From contig NMRA01000007.1 in the NCBI GenBank assembly GCA_002633005.1, positions 432,617 to 496,616 on the forward strand: DNA of 64,000 nucleotides, in the 5' to 3' direction. Source of the DNA: Phoronis australis (lineage: Eukaryota; Animalia; Phoronida). A program made the translations under genes and the position numbers. This document shows, piece after piece, positions 14,275 through 27,363 of the stretch. The notes below the pieces were generated by a model that was not told where the DNA came from, did not search any database, and saw only the letters and a list, made by a program, of their open reading frames with translations. Each line of letters begins with the position of its first letter. Within the stretch, counting starts at the first letter, position 1.

Positions 14275-14693
14275 AGGCTGGTTCACGCAACTTTTTTGCG
14301 GAAATTTTTGTGCTATATTTTGCGGAATCAAGATTGCTTGAAAAAATTATTGCACAAATACAAAAATACCGCAATTACAGTTTCACCAGTTTTGGAATTT
14401 ATTGTGGAAAATGCTCCAGATGCCGTGACAGTTGTTTACACAAGCTTGATGATTTATTACCCATCGCATACTGGACACAAACCGAAAGATTGGCAACATG
14501 TTTATCGCACTGCGCATGGTACAAGCATTCTCACTTCCTTTCTAAAAAGTCTCGAAATCTCTGTTGTCTTGCTGTAAAAATTTGGTTTATCTATAAATGT
14601 GGTCTGACAGAGAACCCTTGGGGATTGCGGAAATTTTGGCGGAATGGAATTGCTCAGTTTTTACGCAAAACTTTTTCTCGTGTTAACGGGCCT
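14275..14693. mobile_element. PIF/Harbinger-like MITE
   Basis: TTA|AGGCTGGTTCACGC...GTGTTAACGGGCCT|TTA: imperfect TIRs with a TTA TSD; internal TTGCGGAA repeats. Confidence 0.7.
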
Positions 14694-17600
14694 TTAGTTA
14701 CAAATTATCATAATTGCGTCTATTTTCCAAGATTGTCATGAAATTTGTATTATGTGTTCGTAACGAGGAAACCTGCACATCTGATGTTGATTTTTAGATG
14801 GATCTGACCACAGTACCATGGAAATATTTGAAAAAATGAGCACCGTTGTCTTTTACCATTCGCAGTGCTCATAGTGAGCTCATGTCAACACTCTAGGTTA
14901 CTTTTGTTTCCCATTTTTCGTAATCCGGTTTACTGCGGAGTCCCGCCAACATTCCAACATAAACAATCTCCCTCCTTTACAGATGCCACAAATACAGTTC
15001 TTTTCTCATGTGTTTTATTACTTTTTGTGTCCAGTAAGGTTCACACATTTCTTTTCACGTGAACCATAGTAATACTCACTGTAAACGGACAGATGTGATG
15101 CATTTTGTCAACGCTTGCAATGGATGCCGGCTGCCAGAGACATGTGTAACTCGTGATGTACATTTTGCTGACACTGCGAGAAGTCTTCACATATGGATCG
15201 GAAACTGAATTCTATCCCACAATTCAACAATCCAACCTTCAGTGGCTGTCATTCTGTTTGGTTACTTTTGTAAGGTATTGCGTGATTTCGCTTTTCTGAC
15301 TTGTAACTTGGTGTATGGAGCACACTCATGGCTTGTGTTAGACAGAGAAAGGAATGACAGTTCATGAGAAAAAGATTTGGTAAGAACTGAATTTCAGTGC
15401 TTGTGAGAAAAGAATTGTATTTCTGAGAAAAGAACACAGTTAATTACTTGCACGTAGTCATTGTGACAAGAATATGATACACCCTGCTCTTGGTCTTGAT
15501 GTACCCCGAGGACATGTATAGGAAATGTACCTGTATCTGGCTATTTTTAATTCAAATGGACCATAGTGTTGGCACGTTAAATGTGCCTGTATGCTGACTA
15601 TGGTGGTGCATAAGTCATTTCCTGTCAATTTTCATACCTGTATGATGAAGCTAGTGTCACAGTCAGTGCTAAGAGTCCCTCACTCTGGTCAATGATCTTG
15701 TCTATAACTGCTAATAGGAGCTGCTGATAAGTAAACCTGAACCAATGTGTTGAATCAAAAAACGACATCATTCTTCACTTACTAGAAGTCTTCAATGAAA
15801 AAATGTAAATGTGTTATCCTTTGACTGTTTGGTTCACCTCGAATGTAATTGTGGTAGTACTAACAAAAAGTATTGTGGTAGTACTAACAAATAACTTGAG
15901 AAATTAACTGTTTTTTTGAATTTCTGTGAAAATTTCATGAATCAAATTTAAAGCAAAACTAATCTTGAAAGTTCCGCTGGTGCGTTACAAAGTGTCTGTG
16001 AAAAGTTAATGGCGGCCAACTTCACCGTTATGCATGTGCCCACATGCAGAATACTTAAGTGGCTTCTTATTGTTCGTGTCTTTTGTCTGGTATTCGAAGC
16101 TCAATGTCTGCTTGTCTATCAACCAATCCGCTTGAAGGAGCCGTATGACGTTTGAAACGGGTATTCAGGTCAAAGAAGACACGGATTATGTTGAGATACA
16201 GTTCCGACTAATTTTTGATGGCTGCTACTTAGTACTCATGTCACTGTCATGGTACGATCTACCTCACCAGTTTTTGACAAATTTCCTGGTGATATTTTTT
16301 CTTGTCTCCCTTTCTGCGAAATCTCATAATAGATTCTGATCAGTGCCCACCCGTTTATGGCACCTGTGTGTTTTAACAGTTCCCAAACCCCATGATTAAA
16401 CCTCGTGAAAAGTAGCAGACGTGTTTTTCTTAAGAAGAGAATGGCACACTCTGGATGCCTAGCACTGCGACCTCTGTTGGCATTTTTAGTTGCTTACTGG
16501 TATTTGTTTTTTTATTTTTTAAAACCACTCAACAGGTGTAAGTGAAACTGTTTAGTTTGATAGTGTCCAAATTAGTAAAGTTGCCATATGTGCTGGGTGA
16601 TTATTATAGCAGCCCTCGATTCATGCTATTTGCGTCTTGCTATTGTGGTGCGTAACAATCACTTTCTTTTTTTACAAAGTTAACAAAACTGATACGGGAA
16701 AAGTCGAATGATTACAGTATGGTAATTTACTGGTACATAATGTTTCTATAGTACTTACATCTTCCCAGTGAATAAGTCCACTGTGCTTGGAGGACCATCT
16801 TTGAAATCCTTTGGTTTGTGCTTTGGGCTAGAACTCGTGGTTTTGTTTTTTTACTATGGCGAGTTACTTCCTAATTACATATGATGAAACGATGGACTGA
16901 ATAGAGTTGATTGTTTCATTCAGCGGGACATTGCTAAATTGATTTATTCCAGTTTGAAATTTGCAGACTTCAACTTGACCTAATTGGCACAACACAGGAC
17001 ATGATGGCATACGATTTTGTTGGACTGATGAGCCCTAGTGGTTCTTCTCAATTGTTGAAATGAAGGGAAATGGTTATTTAACATTTGGTTATGAACTCCT
17101 CTATTTCGTCTTGTAGGCTTCTAGTGAACCAGAATAGCAGTGCATAACCTAGCTACGGTCCTTCATAACATCTGACCCTCTCACACACAGTGTGCATCAC
17201 TATTTCTGCTTCAGTATATACATCTACGTATTACAGGTTGGGGGTTATAGACTCACCACGCTCTCTTGAGAGCTATTTTCGTGAAACGATTATCAATATG
17301 TGATTCTGGTTTGGGGTCATGAAGTTGGGTGAGCTCTATAACCAATGGTTTGGAATGTGACTTTGTTAGTAAAGAGATGGCACCATTGGTGTCTTTCTTG
17401 TCCAAATTGCGGAGTTCTATTAGGCCTACGGTTAATGCTAATTTCTAGGTTTGGTTCATGTAATTTTTTTTTTCGTATAATATTGAATGACTGTAAAAGC
17501 AATAATTATTAAATTTCCACATGGACTGTTTGCTTTGGTAACAGAATAATTTCACACTATGAAAAGAACAATGTTTTCTTATACAAATAGGAAACATGGG

Positions 17601-20600
17601 ATGTTCAACTCATCAGCATTGTGAGAGCAAAAAGCTAATTTTGCTTGAACCAATTTCAAATTTTTTTAGTCGAGGCAGGCAGAGTTATCAAAGACAAAAC
17701 AGAATTGTGATGTTCATGAACATTTGGTGACTGTTTTTTATGTGACTCAGGCGACCATTCTATCGTACATGACATTGGAAAACAAAGCTATATCGGTATA
17801 TGCATATTGAAGATTTTCACTCTCAGTAATTGTATTCGATCTGGAGACGCTGGTTTTTCAATTGGTCCAGGTGCAAATATGTACGAATAAGACAAAAAAA
17901 TAATTATATTTTAAGTACACAAGACAGCACGGATTAGACAAGAATAGATTAGACGCAGAAATAACGAGACGAGATACGATAACGTGATATGTAAAACACC
18001 TGAAGTAAAACTAAAAACATGGACAAAAGAACTGAAGCATGAAAATGATTATTTATTCGTAAAATAACCAGATTGGATATTCTGAAAACTGGGCATATCT
18101 CAAGGCAAATAGGAGTCGGTTGTAGGATGTAGCGGCCCTGTAAATATAAGTGTTCTTCCATTGTTTTAGTGGAATCTAGGAACTTAGACGAATACCTGTA
18201 GGTTGTTTCTCAAATGTGTGTTGTATTAATGAATGAATGGATCTAAAGGTGCTTTGGACCGTGGTGAAGAATTGTAAACTTGATGAAGTCGAAATGAGAT
18301 TATGTTTGATATTGCAAGTTGTTCTGTCCTAGGCGTACAGGAAGAGTTGTTACTGGCATATCCTGGTATGAGCCCCAAGATAACCATACCAGTGTGATTT
18401 TGAAGTTCATAGTAGCCAGACTTCAATAATTGAGTTCTCTCTCAGACTGTGTCGCAATAGTTGAAGAGTTGTACAAAAGATTTGGGGAGTTGAGGTCTAG
18501 ATACTTAGACACTTTTCAAGGTGCTATGGAATTCAGCTTAATAATACGTTTTTTTTTGACTTGTTAGTGTGTAGAATTTGATTTTAGACTCATTTCTAGT
18601 CTGCCATTATTTGGGTCAGGTGACTATGTCTTTTTAGTGAAATTAAACAAAAAAGAAAGTGTGTTCATAGCAAAAATGGTATACAAGTTCTTTCCAAAGT
18701 TCACCAACAGTTTTTGAACTTGATTATTGGAATAAGTTGCCTACCATTGATAAAAGATGGTTAATTCCTTTGTTCTATAAATAAATGAGGGCCTAATTAT
18801 TTATATCTGTTGACTGATTAGTGAGCTTTTGAATGTGCAGTCTCATGGCAGAGGAGCACTTGATTGAACTTTCTTTTTCAGGATACTTGAGAACTTTATT
18901 ACGCTGAGGGCTTCACCAACACAATATAACGGTTGGATTTCTATCTTTCGTGTTTTGACTTTTTTAATCAATTCATCAACACATCACAAGTATGGTGTAG
19001 TTACGCCAATTTCGGACAAAAATAATTGCCAAGATTGTCTTTTTTCGTTTCACAAAAGCTTCTAACTATGTTGTGGTTGTTCAACATTGCATGATGGTAG
19101 CTATGGTATTGAACTCATTACTGTCAGCACGCCATCTGTTGGCCAAATATTTCACTTGTCCGCCATGTTGTGTCATAAATTGGTCAGATTTTAGTTAAAC
19201 GCCAGACAGTCTATTAGTGGCGTTGCCCATTAACGAACTGTTGCCTTCACCTCTTTCCAGCTTGTTTTTACCAATGTCACGCTTACTCCTACTTCGAGAT
19301 TTGTGAATACCCCAAGTTTTTCATCGCATTTTCTCGACAAAATGAGTGATGAACCTTCTTCCGAGCCACCTAAAATAGTCTCAGTTATTTGGTTTTCTGA
19401 GAATCCACGACACGCATGTTTTATTTTTCCTAACGTATTTAAAGGAGGTGTATACACTGATCAAATCTCAAGAGTAGCAACTAGTTTGACATGACTCTGA
19501 AAGTGAGAAAAAAGTTTTTATTATATTCGTTATTAATCAACCTGACATAAGAAGATGAAGATGTCACTCTCAGTATCAAATCTTAGTTGATGCTTTGGTC
19601 TATAGAATTCAAAACTGGTTTTGTATAGTGTTGCCACTTGCCAAAAGACCAAGGATGAGGAAAAGCTCACATTTATGTTTCGAGTCTACTGTTGAGTGAT
19701 GCGTTTTGTTCTGTATGCAAGGAAAATTTGACAGGATTCTAAAGCACGCACTCTCAAAAAGAATGGAGAACAGTCTTGTCAACAAAGTTACGCTTGTTTC
19801 TAATACTTGATTTTTATGCACAATGGCTAAAACAAGCCCATGAGTGCTGCTGAAGGAATCTCCACAAGTATGTTCCTTTCATTTTGGACCGGTCGAAAGT
19901 CAAGGAGTATTTTGATGACATGGTTGCGAACTTCTGAGACAACTTGTATATAATGCAATACAAGATCCCAAAAATACCTGGTACTCACAAATTTCTAAAT
20001 TCTCTTCTTCGTTTTTGTTTTATGCAACTGATTTTTTTCTTAAATGTCAATTTTCATTAGTACTTAAATTAAATGCACTATCGAAGTCTCCAAAAAAAGC
20101 AAATTTCTGATAGCTGTTTGGAGAGTATTACATAAATCGTTGTATCTGAAAGTTACGTAAACTGAAGTTGACCAAATTTTGATATTTTTCTGGGGTTACT
20201 AGTTATGTAGAACCCTAGAAAAGTGTCTGATCTTGGCCAACTTCGAAATTTCATAATTTCATAAATTGCTGGACAGGTCGGATTCCAAAGAAACTTTACT
20301 GGTAATAATATTCTCTTAAATAGTGATAGGAATAGTTTTTGAAGTGTTCCACCTGTGCATGAGGGCCCATCAAAAAGAAGAATTTATATACATGTGATTT
20401 TTATGAAAAAACGTTAAAAATTACATAAAACGATGCTTTATAAAACTGTACCAGTGTTTCAAGGTTTTTGTCTAGAACATTTTGTATCATACAAAATTTT
20501 CTCAAGTTATTGATACCGATGTTTTGCCATGAATTATTGAAAACACATGGTCATGTGACTTAATTAATGTCAGATCGGTTTTAAATCAGAAACCAAATTT

Positions 20601-20999
20601 TGCAAAATTTGTACTTTCAGAAAATATATACGTTTGCCAAGTTAAATTTTATAGTTTTGTAGATGTCCGGGCTAAATACACTAGGTCGAAAAGATGCTGC
20701 CATAGATTATAGACAACAGAGTTGCAACTCCGACATTTTCTTGTGAAATATCTTAGAGAAGGCGCCACCCATGAACATAGCAAATTCAGCGTCTGGTTAG
20801 TGTTGTGAAGGGAATTCTTGCATCTATTTTACTGTCCGGTGTAACATACGACATACTTGGTGGAAGTAAAATGTGCCAGATGTGACTAGTGAATGGTGAC
20901 GTCCCAGCTTACCCCTAAGATCAGATTTTGTCCTTGAAAATTTGCAGAGTTAATGGTCTGTGGTGTTACGTAACCTTAAACCAGTTTTAATGGTTGCAG

Positions 21000-21180
21000 G
21001 GACGACTACCTGGTGCGTGTGACCGCACAAGTCATGACGCGAGAGGACTCCAAAGGAGGCTGGTTCCCTGTCGAAGGTGGCGGACTCAGTACAGTCTATC
21101 TGAAGAAGTTCAAAGTGCCCAACCATGGTGACCAAAAACATGAATTTCACATTCATGGAAACCGATTCAGAGATAATCAG
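21000..21180 (+). CDS. SPRED: SPRED exon 2, EVH1 domain N-half
   Basis: ttgcag|G GAC GAC TAC... encodes DDYLVRVTAQVMTREDSKGGWFPVEGGGLSTVYL...HGNRFRDNQ|gtatac, matching the SPRED EVH1 motif VRAVVMTRDDSSGGW. Confidence 0.95.
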
Positions 21181-23072
21181 GTATACTCTGGTTAATTCTT
21201 ACCTAAGTCTCTTGGATTGATTAGCATAAAATTTCACAGTTTATCTGTTGAACACATTGTTATTTGGTGCTGTGCCCTCGATGCTTCAGTTGTGAGGCTG
21301 AATATCAGACTCATTTCCCGGTGAAAAATATTTTAAGACGATGCATCATTACCCTCACCAGGCCTTCAAGTTCCCCTTAGTTTCAGCTCAAGCACACACT
21401 GGACTCTTGGAATTAGTGCCGACCAGGTGGAGGGTAGAATTTGTGGCAACTTGGCTAGGGGTGGCATTTTCCCTTTTCTGAAGAAAAATTCTCCTACTAG
21501 AATCCCACGTGATGGCTGTGACAGGATCACGTTGAATTTTATGAACCCACATTTTGTAAGAAAGGAATGATAATGCTTATGCATGTGGGCACGTATACTA
21601 CGACATCCTGTCTGGTTGGCTACTTGATATCTCAAAAATATTCATTCCCAATTAGTTGCAATTTGACACAAGGGCCTTTGGTATCTCTAGAATGGTGCAT
21701 GCCTTTTTCCAATGTGCCTCATTTCTGGGCTCGGGAGTTTTGGAGGGAAGAGCGTTTCCGGTATTGAGACAATCAATTGACGGATTTCAGTGGAATTTGA
21801 CACAGAGTTATATAACGGCAACGCACTAGCACCACTCGTTTTTCAGACAAATTCAATTTCTATAACACCCCCTAATGGTCAATGTAACTTCGACAAGATG
21901 TTTCATTTCGGTCAATTATATCACATTGACTACAGGTTTAGCATACCTTAAAAGGATACTAAGCCCTGTTTTGATGATTTCAACCAACCCTCGTACTGTC
22001 ACCTGCTAATGCATCACTGGCGTCAGTCTTCCAAGTTTAAGACAGGAATCAACTGAAAACTCATGCTCCCTATGTCACAGATTGAGCATTTTGGTCCTTG
22101 GTGGGTGGTCTTTTAGCAGAGTTGCTGTGTAATTCTCTGAAAGCATAGGTCATGCTTGCCTGTTTAGCAGACTTTGAATGAAGTTTCCAAAATTTCCTCC
22201 AAACTTTTGAGGGTTGTCGAGGGTTATAGAGCATTATTTTGTTTCGGAGAACTGGATGGGAAAGTCGTTTTTAGTTTGGTATAAATTTAACGAATGGTAT
22301 ATGTTAGAAATACACTTATACCAATTAAATTGTGGGCATATTTGACTACAGTAACAACCACTCATTGTAGTTTTCAGCAAAATAATCCTTGTCAAAAGTG
22401 TTTCCAGATGATATCTAGAGAACCCTCCACGGATCTTTATGAAAGTGTCTGTCCGCTCTTGTCAAAATGCCAAAACAGATTTTAATAAAACTTATCACAG
22501 GGTTGTATGGTGGAAAAGTTGATTTTCAATTTTTTACGACTGAGAACTCACTGGGGGCCTATTTAGCAGACTTTGGCAAAACTTGTAACTTGGGTGGGAA
22601 ACTGGGCCTGCATCAGCACCTGTCAACTTGACTACCATAACAGCCTTTAGTATGAGTGTCAGCACTTCAGTCCACAAAACCAAAAGACATTCACGAAATT
22701 TTAAAATTATGTCCCATTGTTTATATTTTTCATTGTATCACACACAAAGCTGGTAAGTACCACTATGAAAATCTGCAAGTTTTACTGGATGTGAAATCTC
22801 TCTGCATGTTGGCTCATTTTAGCTGCCTGTTTGCTGTTTTTGTAATCTCTCACTCACATTGGAATAGTGGGACTCTTTTGGCCGATTCATTCTTATTATT
22901 GCATAGTCAATTGAAGTGGATTGGGAAAGTGCTTGGTAATTGAATGTCGACTGCGCCCACACTCATCTTAACCACATATGAGCTTACAACACTTGATAGA
23001 ATGTACCCTTGGATGTCTTTTTCTATTTGTTCCCTCTGTAGCGTTTGTAATATTATTGTTGATACCAAACAG

Positions 23073-23241
23073 GAAGTGCTCAACTGCATTCTGCGCAAGG
23101 ATGTCCAGTACACAAAAGCCAATCCCACCTTTTACCACTGGACAACAATAGAGGGCAGGTTTGGCCTTACCTTCCAAAAGGCAGCAGACGCCAAAGCATT
23201 TGACCGTGCAGTCAAGCATGCCATCGAAGAGCTGTTAGAAG
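23073..23241 (+). CDS. SPRED: SPRED exon 3, EVH1 domain C-half
   Basis: aaacag|EVLNCILRKDVQYTKANPTFYHWTTIEGRFGLTFQKAADAKAFDRAVKHAIEELLE-G|gtacgc; 169 nt, phases 0/1 consistent with the neighbouring exons. Confidence 0.95.
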
Positions 23242-25998
23242 GTACGCGTGTCAAACATAAACATCCATGTTTCACTGTGTTTGCTGGATTATACTTAAGT
23301 TTGCATTTCAGGACTGCGTTCTGTTCGCAAGAACCTAAGCGAAAATGCAAGATCACGCAATTTTGTGAGTCATCACCATGCAGTACAAGCGATGTATGTG
23401 ACCAAACTTGCTTTTCTGGCGAGTGTCTTGGGTCTGCAGAATGCAGCACATGTTCATGCTAATAGCCATTTCAAAAACAAAATTCAATGAATGGTCCATC
23501 ATTTTGTAATCCTTTCATAACCCTTTCTTCATCTCATTCAGTAAAAGAAACATTAAAGGAATATCACAAAATGAGCTTCAGAATGATAACGAAAGTGTTT
23601 TTGTTTACTGTAGCAAAACACAGTGTGCCTTTTTGAATTCGTTACCATGGCAATAACTAAACGATCTTCACAACAACGCCGACGATATATGCCTTATCAT
23701 TTTTATTAATATCGGTTTCGCATCGCGACGATAATTTTTATCGTATACATGCCTTACTGTTACTTTGTCCTCTTATCTGTCTGATTATACTGTCTGCTTT
23801 GATACTGAATTAAACATCAGTTGCGTGGGCGTGTACTATACTGGCTGAAAATTACAGTTTATCTAATTTTGCTATAGCGCGTATGGAATACCATTCTTTT
23901 CCTAACAGCAGAATCGTCGCTGGGATTCAGTGCTCAGTCATCTTGGAATTGTCCTCATAATTTCAGGGCTGCCGTGGTGATTTTGGAATAAGTGCGGTGA
24001 TTTTTTAAAACGGTCAGAGTGTGCCTACAACTGGCTGTGTTGATTTCAAAATGGCTAACATCGACTCTGAATACATGTTTCAAACCACATATATGCACAT
24101 TAAAGATATGTGCTCTTGATCATGTGTGATGCATGTCGTGGAAGTACACTGATAGCAGTGTTAAAGTGCTTCATTAAAAAGGAATGTTACCTTTTAAAGG
24201 TGTTTTTGTCCAATCTGGCATATTCTACTGATAAACATATTTGTACCATTTTAATAATGTTAACTTAGCGAATATGACAATTCTTCAATGTGCAAGTGTG
24301 ATGCAGTGACCAAGTAATGAAGGCGTCAACCGGTCCAAGGAAGCTGCGTACCAGTATGTTTTTCCGTCGTGAAAAGGGTTGAGACGCCAGCCGATTTTCA
24401 GTCCAAGTCCAAGCACATAACAATTTGCACTTGACTCGAGCACTCATAGAGATGAGATAAAGCTGATCAGACACACAGTGGCATGGTCACAGCAACACAA
24501 CTTCCAGTTTGAAGGATTGTTATCAATATTAAGTTTGTTTCAAAAGAAATCTACTTTAAAGGTTCAAAATTTGCCGGGTTGACAAGATGTGCCTTAACAA
24601 GGTTAACGGTGCCTTGTAAGGCGACGGTATTTATGCACTAAAGCGCTGCGTTTTGTTGAACCACAAGGTCATGCCTGAATTGGTGGCACAGAAATTTAGA
24701 AATTTAACAGAATTGACAATCACGGCCTGGACATGGCCGCGTTTATGGAGCTTGTATGAAAAATTTAACCTTTCATACATGTGTGCTGTCTTAATATCTG
24801 AGTACGAAGTCTAAGTTTAGATGTAACGCCTGGATTTCAAATGTTTGTTTCTTATTTTAAGTGAAGGTTATGTAGGACCCTATGAAAATGTCCAAATTTG
24901 TCTTACTTCTGAACATTACATCTGAGCAATGGCTGATCACGTTCGTATGAAACTTCCAAGGCTTTTTTTCACTGTTCTCCAAAATGCTTCTAAGAATTGT
25001 TTGGGCCACTTTTGCATGAGGCTCTATCAAAAATGGGACTTTTCATGAAAAAGACTTGACTAAAATGAAAACGAAATGATGTTTTAGAAAATTGTAATTA
25101 CGACACTTTCAAGATCTCATCTTGAACATTCATATCAAATAAATTTGATTATGTCATTGAAACTGATGTTTTGCTATCAATGAAGCCTCATTTTTTGATA
25201 AATTTCACCCGAGCAATCGCAGATTGGTAAAATGTCAAGTCAAATTCTACATGCTTTGTACTTTCAGCGAATATATACTTTTAGTGACAGCTAAAACCTA
25301 TAGTTTTGTATGGATTTGGCTAAATTCTCAACCGTGTCAGTAAGGTCCTAGATAACCTAAGTTAGAGCAATCCCAGGCGTCACTGTTTCCTCTCTCTTGT
25401 CTCCTCTGTTCTTCCATTGTTTTAATTCTCTAAATATTACTTGTACTAAAACATTTGAAGGGTCTATATATCTAGTATCAAATTACAAACTAATGTAAAT
25501 CCCTTCCTTTTTGTGCTGCCCTCTTGTGGACCTGGTAAGTAAATTAGCAGTTGACAGGGCCTATGAATATTATTAAGAGTTATCACACTGTAATAGTATG
25601 CATCAGGAAACCAAACATGAGAAATCAATTCATGGTGACTCAAAACGCTGTTCGTTGCCTTAAGGCCCAAAGGGCGTTTAGTGTATGTGATTAAGACAAA
25701 TTCGCTTTGTTTTTATCTAGGCATATTCTTATCTTTCAGTATTTGCATTTATCATTTTATATCCGCCCGCACTTATGCACAGTGTATATCTATCGATGAC
25801 CGAACTAGCCACATTTTTATGAAACGTTCGTTATGAGGATTTGTAATCTAAGACCCCTCTCTCTATTTAGTCTCTTAAACAGTTTTTTCCAGGACTCCTG
25901 TGTAATCTTAGTTCTGTGTGAGCATTTATGTCTAGGACTTCTCTGTGACCTTAGTTTTATACGTCAAGACACTCAGTCTTATCTGTTGGCTTTTGTAG

Positions 25999-26045
25999 GA
26001 ACTGGTGAATCTAAAACAGAAGCAGGAGAGGACGACGTCTTTATG
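25999..26045 (+). CDS. SPRED: SPRED exon 4 (GTGESKTEAGEDDVFM)
   Basis: ttttgtag|GA ACT...TTT ATG|gtgagt; the GEDDVF motif is typical of the SPRED linker; phases 1/0 fit. Confidence 0.9.
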
Positions 26046-26469
26046 GTGAGTGAATGAAGGGTTTTGTCCAGACAAATGAATACAAGAAAATGAAGACAAC
26101 TCTTTAGCATGCAAATTACAATGCGTGATTGTCGAAGTGTGCTCTTTAGAATTTCATATGGCTTTACTTTCATCACTGATATTGTTGTAAATAATTGCTT
26201 CTTGTGCAGGTGCATCACATTCGTGTCATATTTTGTCCTGACCTTTGCCTCATTTTCATTTGACTCCATGGTTTTGTTATGTATGAGGAACTCGAAATTT
26301 GCTAGATAGTGCTAGCAGGAGAACAGTTACTGTGGTTAGTATATTAAGATGTTAAAAAGAGGCTCTTCTCTTCATTAGCACCTCCTATTGGAGGTAGAGT
26401 TGCCCATTGTGGTCTCATTGCCTGTCTGCATCATACTTGCCTGAACTTTGACCCCATTTGTTTTTGCAG

Positions 26470-27363
26470 GCACTCAACCTTCCGTTCGAGCGCAAAGACA
26501 GTTCGTCCCAATCTACAAGCACCACCAGTACAACCACGTCATCGCCAGCGCCACAATCACCACACCACCAAATCAATGATCCATTCTTTAGTCATACCGC
26601 CAACCACCAGCATTTCCACCGTGTGCACTTCATGTCACGACCGCCACGCCGGTCGACAAGTCAGCCCACCACCGACATCAGGGGTCATAGCGAGCTAGGC
26701 GTGGACAATAAGGAGCCTGACGTGTGGATACCAGCCAATCAGCATAGGGCATTACGTGCCACTAAATCTGATCAGGGGAGACTAGAGGAGGAATCTGTGG
26801 AACTCATGCGTGACTCATACGTACACTTTACCAAAAAACGAACTTCCGTTCATGATTACCAATACCCCACACTTGATTCTGTTAAGACACCTACTCTAAA
26901 ACGTGATTCGACATCGTCGAGTCCGAAGAAATATGATATTGTAACGCAGCAGCCACCACTGCCTCAGAAGAACTGGGGTCTTGGTGGCAGCCATAGACAA
27001 AACAAACTGTCATTGAACAGTGAGAGGGCGAGGTGTGTATTTTGCAATGAGATGTTCAACAAAGATGACAATCCGCGCGGGGGCTGTCCTGATGCCCCTG
27101 ATCGGGGAGTAGACGTGGTGGAGAGCTTATCTTGCATGAAGTGCGCACGCTGCCCCCTGTATCACTGCGTCGCTGATGCAGATGGGGACTATGGCCATCC
27201 GTGCACCTGTGACACGCAGGATGAACTCAATTGTAAGAAGTGGACAGCACTAACAATCTTGTCCTTCTTCTGCCCCTGTTTGTGGTGCTACTTGCCCCTG
27301 AAGTGGTGTCATACCTGGGGCACCCACTGGGGCTGCTGTGGGGGTCGGCACAGGGCCCAATAA
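26470..27363 (+). CDS. SPRED: SPRED exon 5, KBD-like remnant plus Cys-rich Sprouty (SPR) domain, stop TAA
   Basis: tttttgcag|ALNLP...; ERARCVFCNEMF...CPDAPD...LYHC...PCLWCYLPLKWC...CCGGRHRAQ*. The five exons total 1317 nt = 438 aa + stop. Confidence 0.97.
   Translation, partial: ALNLPFERKDSSSQSTSTTSTTTSSPAPQSPHHQINDPFFSHTANHQHFHRVHFMSRPPRRSTSQPTTDIRGHSELGVDNKEPDVWIPANQHRALRATKSDQGRLEEESVELMRDSYVHFTKKRTSVHDYQYPTLDSVKTPTLKRDSTSSSPKKYDIVTQQPPLPQKNWGLGGSHRQNKLSLNSERARCVFCNEMFNKDDNPRGGCPDAPDRGVDVVESLSCMKCARCPLYHCVADADGDYGHPCTCDTQDELNCKKWTALTILSFFCPCLWCYLPLKWCHTWGTHWGCCGGRHRAQ

Noticed and set aside
14242-14741. 111-aa and 159-aa ORFs
   Set aside because: They lie within a Harbinger-like MITE and have no recognisable protein motifs.
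15848-15892. 24-bp tandem duplication ATTGTGGTAGTACTAACAAA
   Set aside because: Ordinary slippage duplication in an intron, with no further structure.
19303-19494. ORF containing MSDEPSSEPP as an alternative SPRED first exon
   Set aside because: No suitable phase-2 splice donor after the ATG; the exon at 2917 fits much better.
22944-23462. 172-aa ORF as a standalone gene
   Set aside because: Only 23073-23241 is coding (SPRED exon 3); the flanks are intronic read-through.
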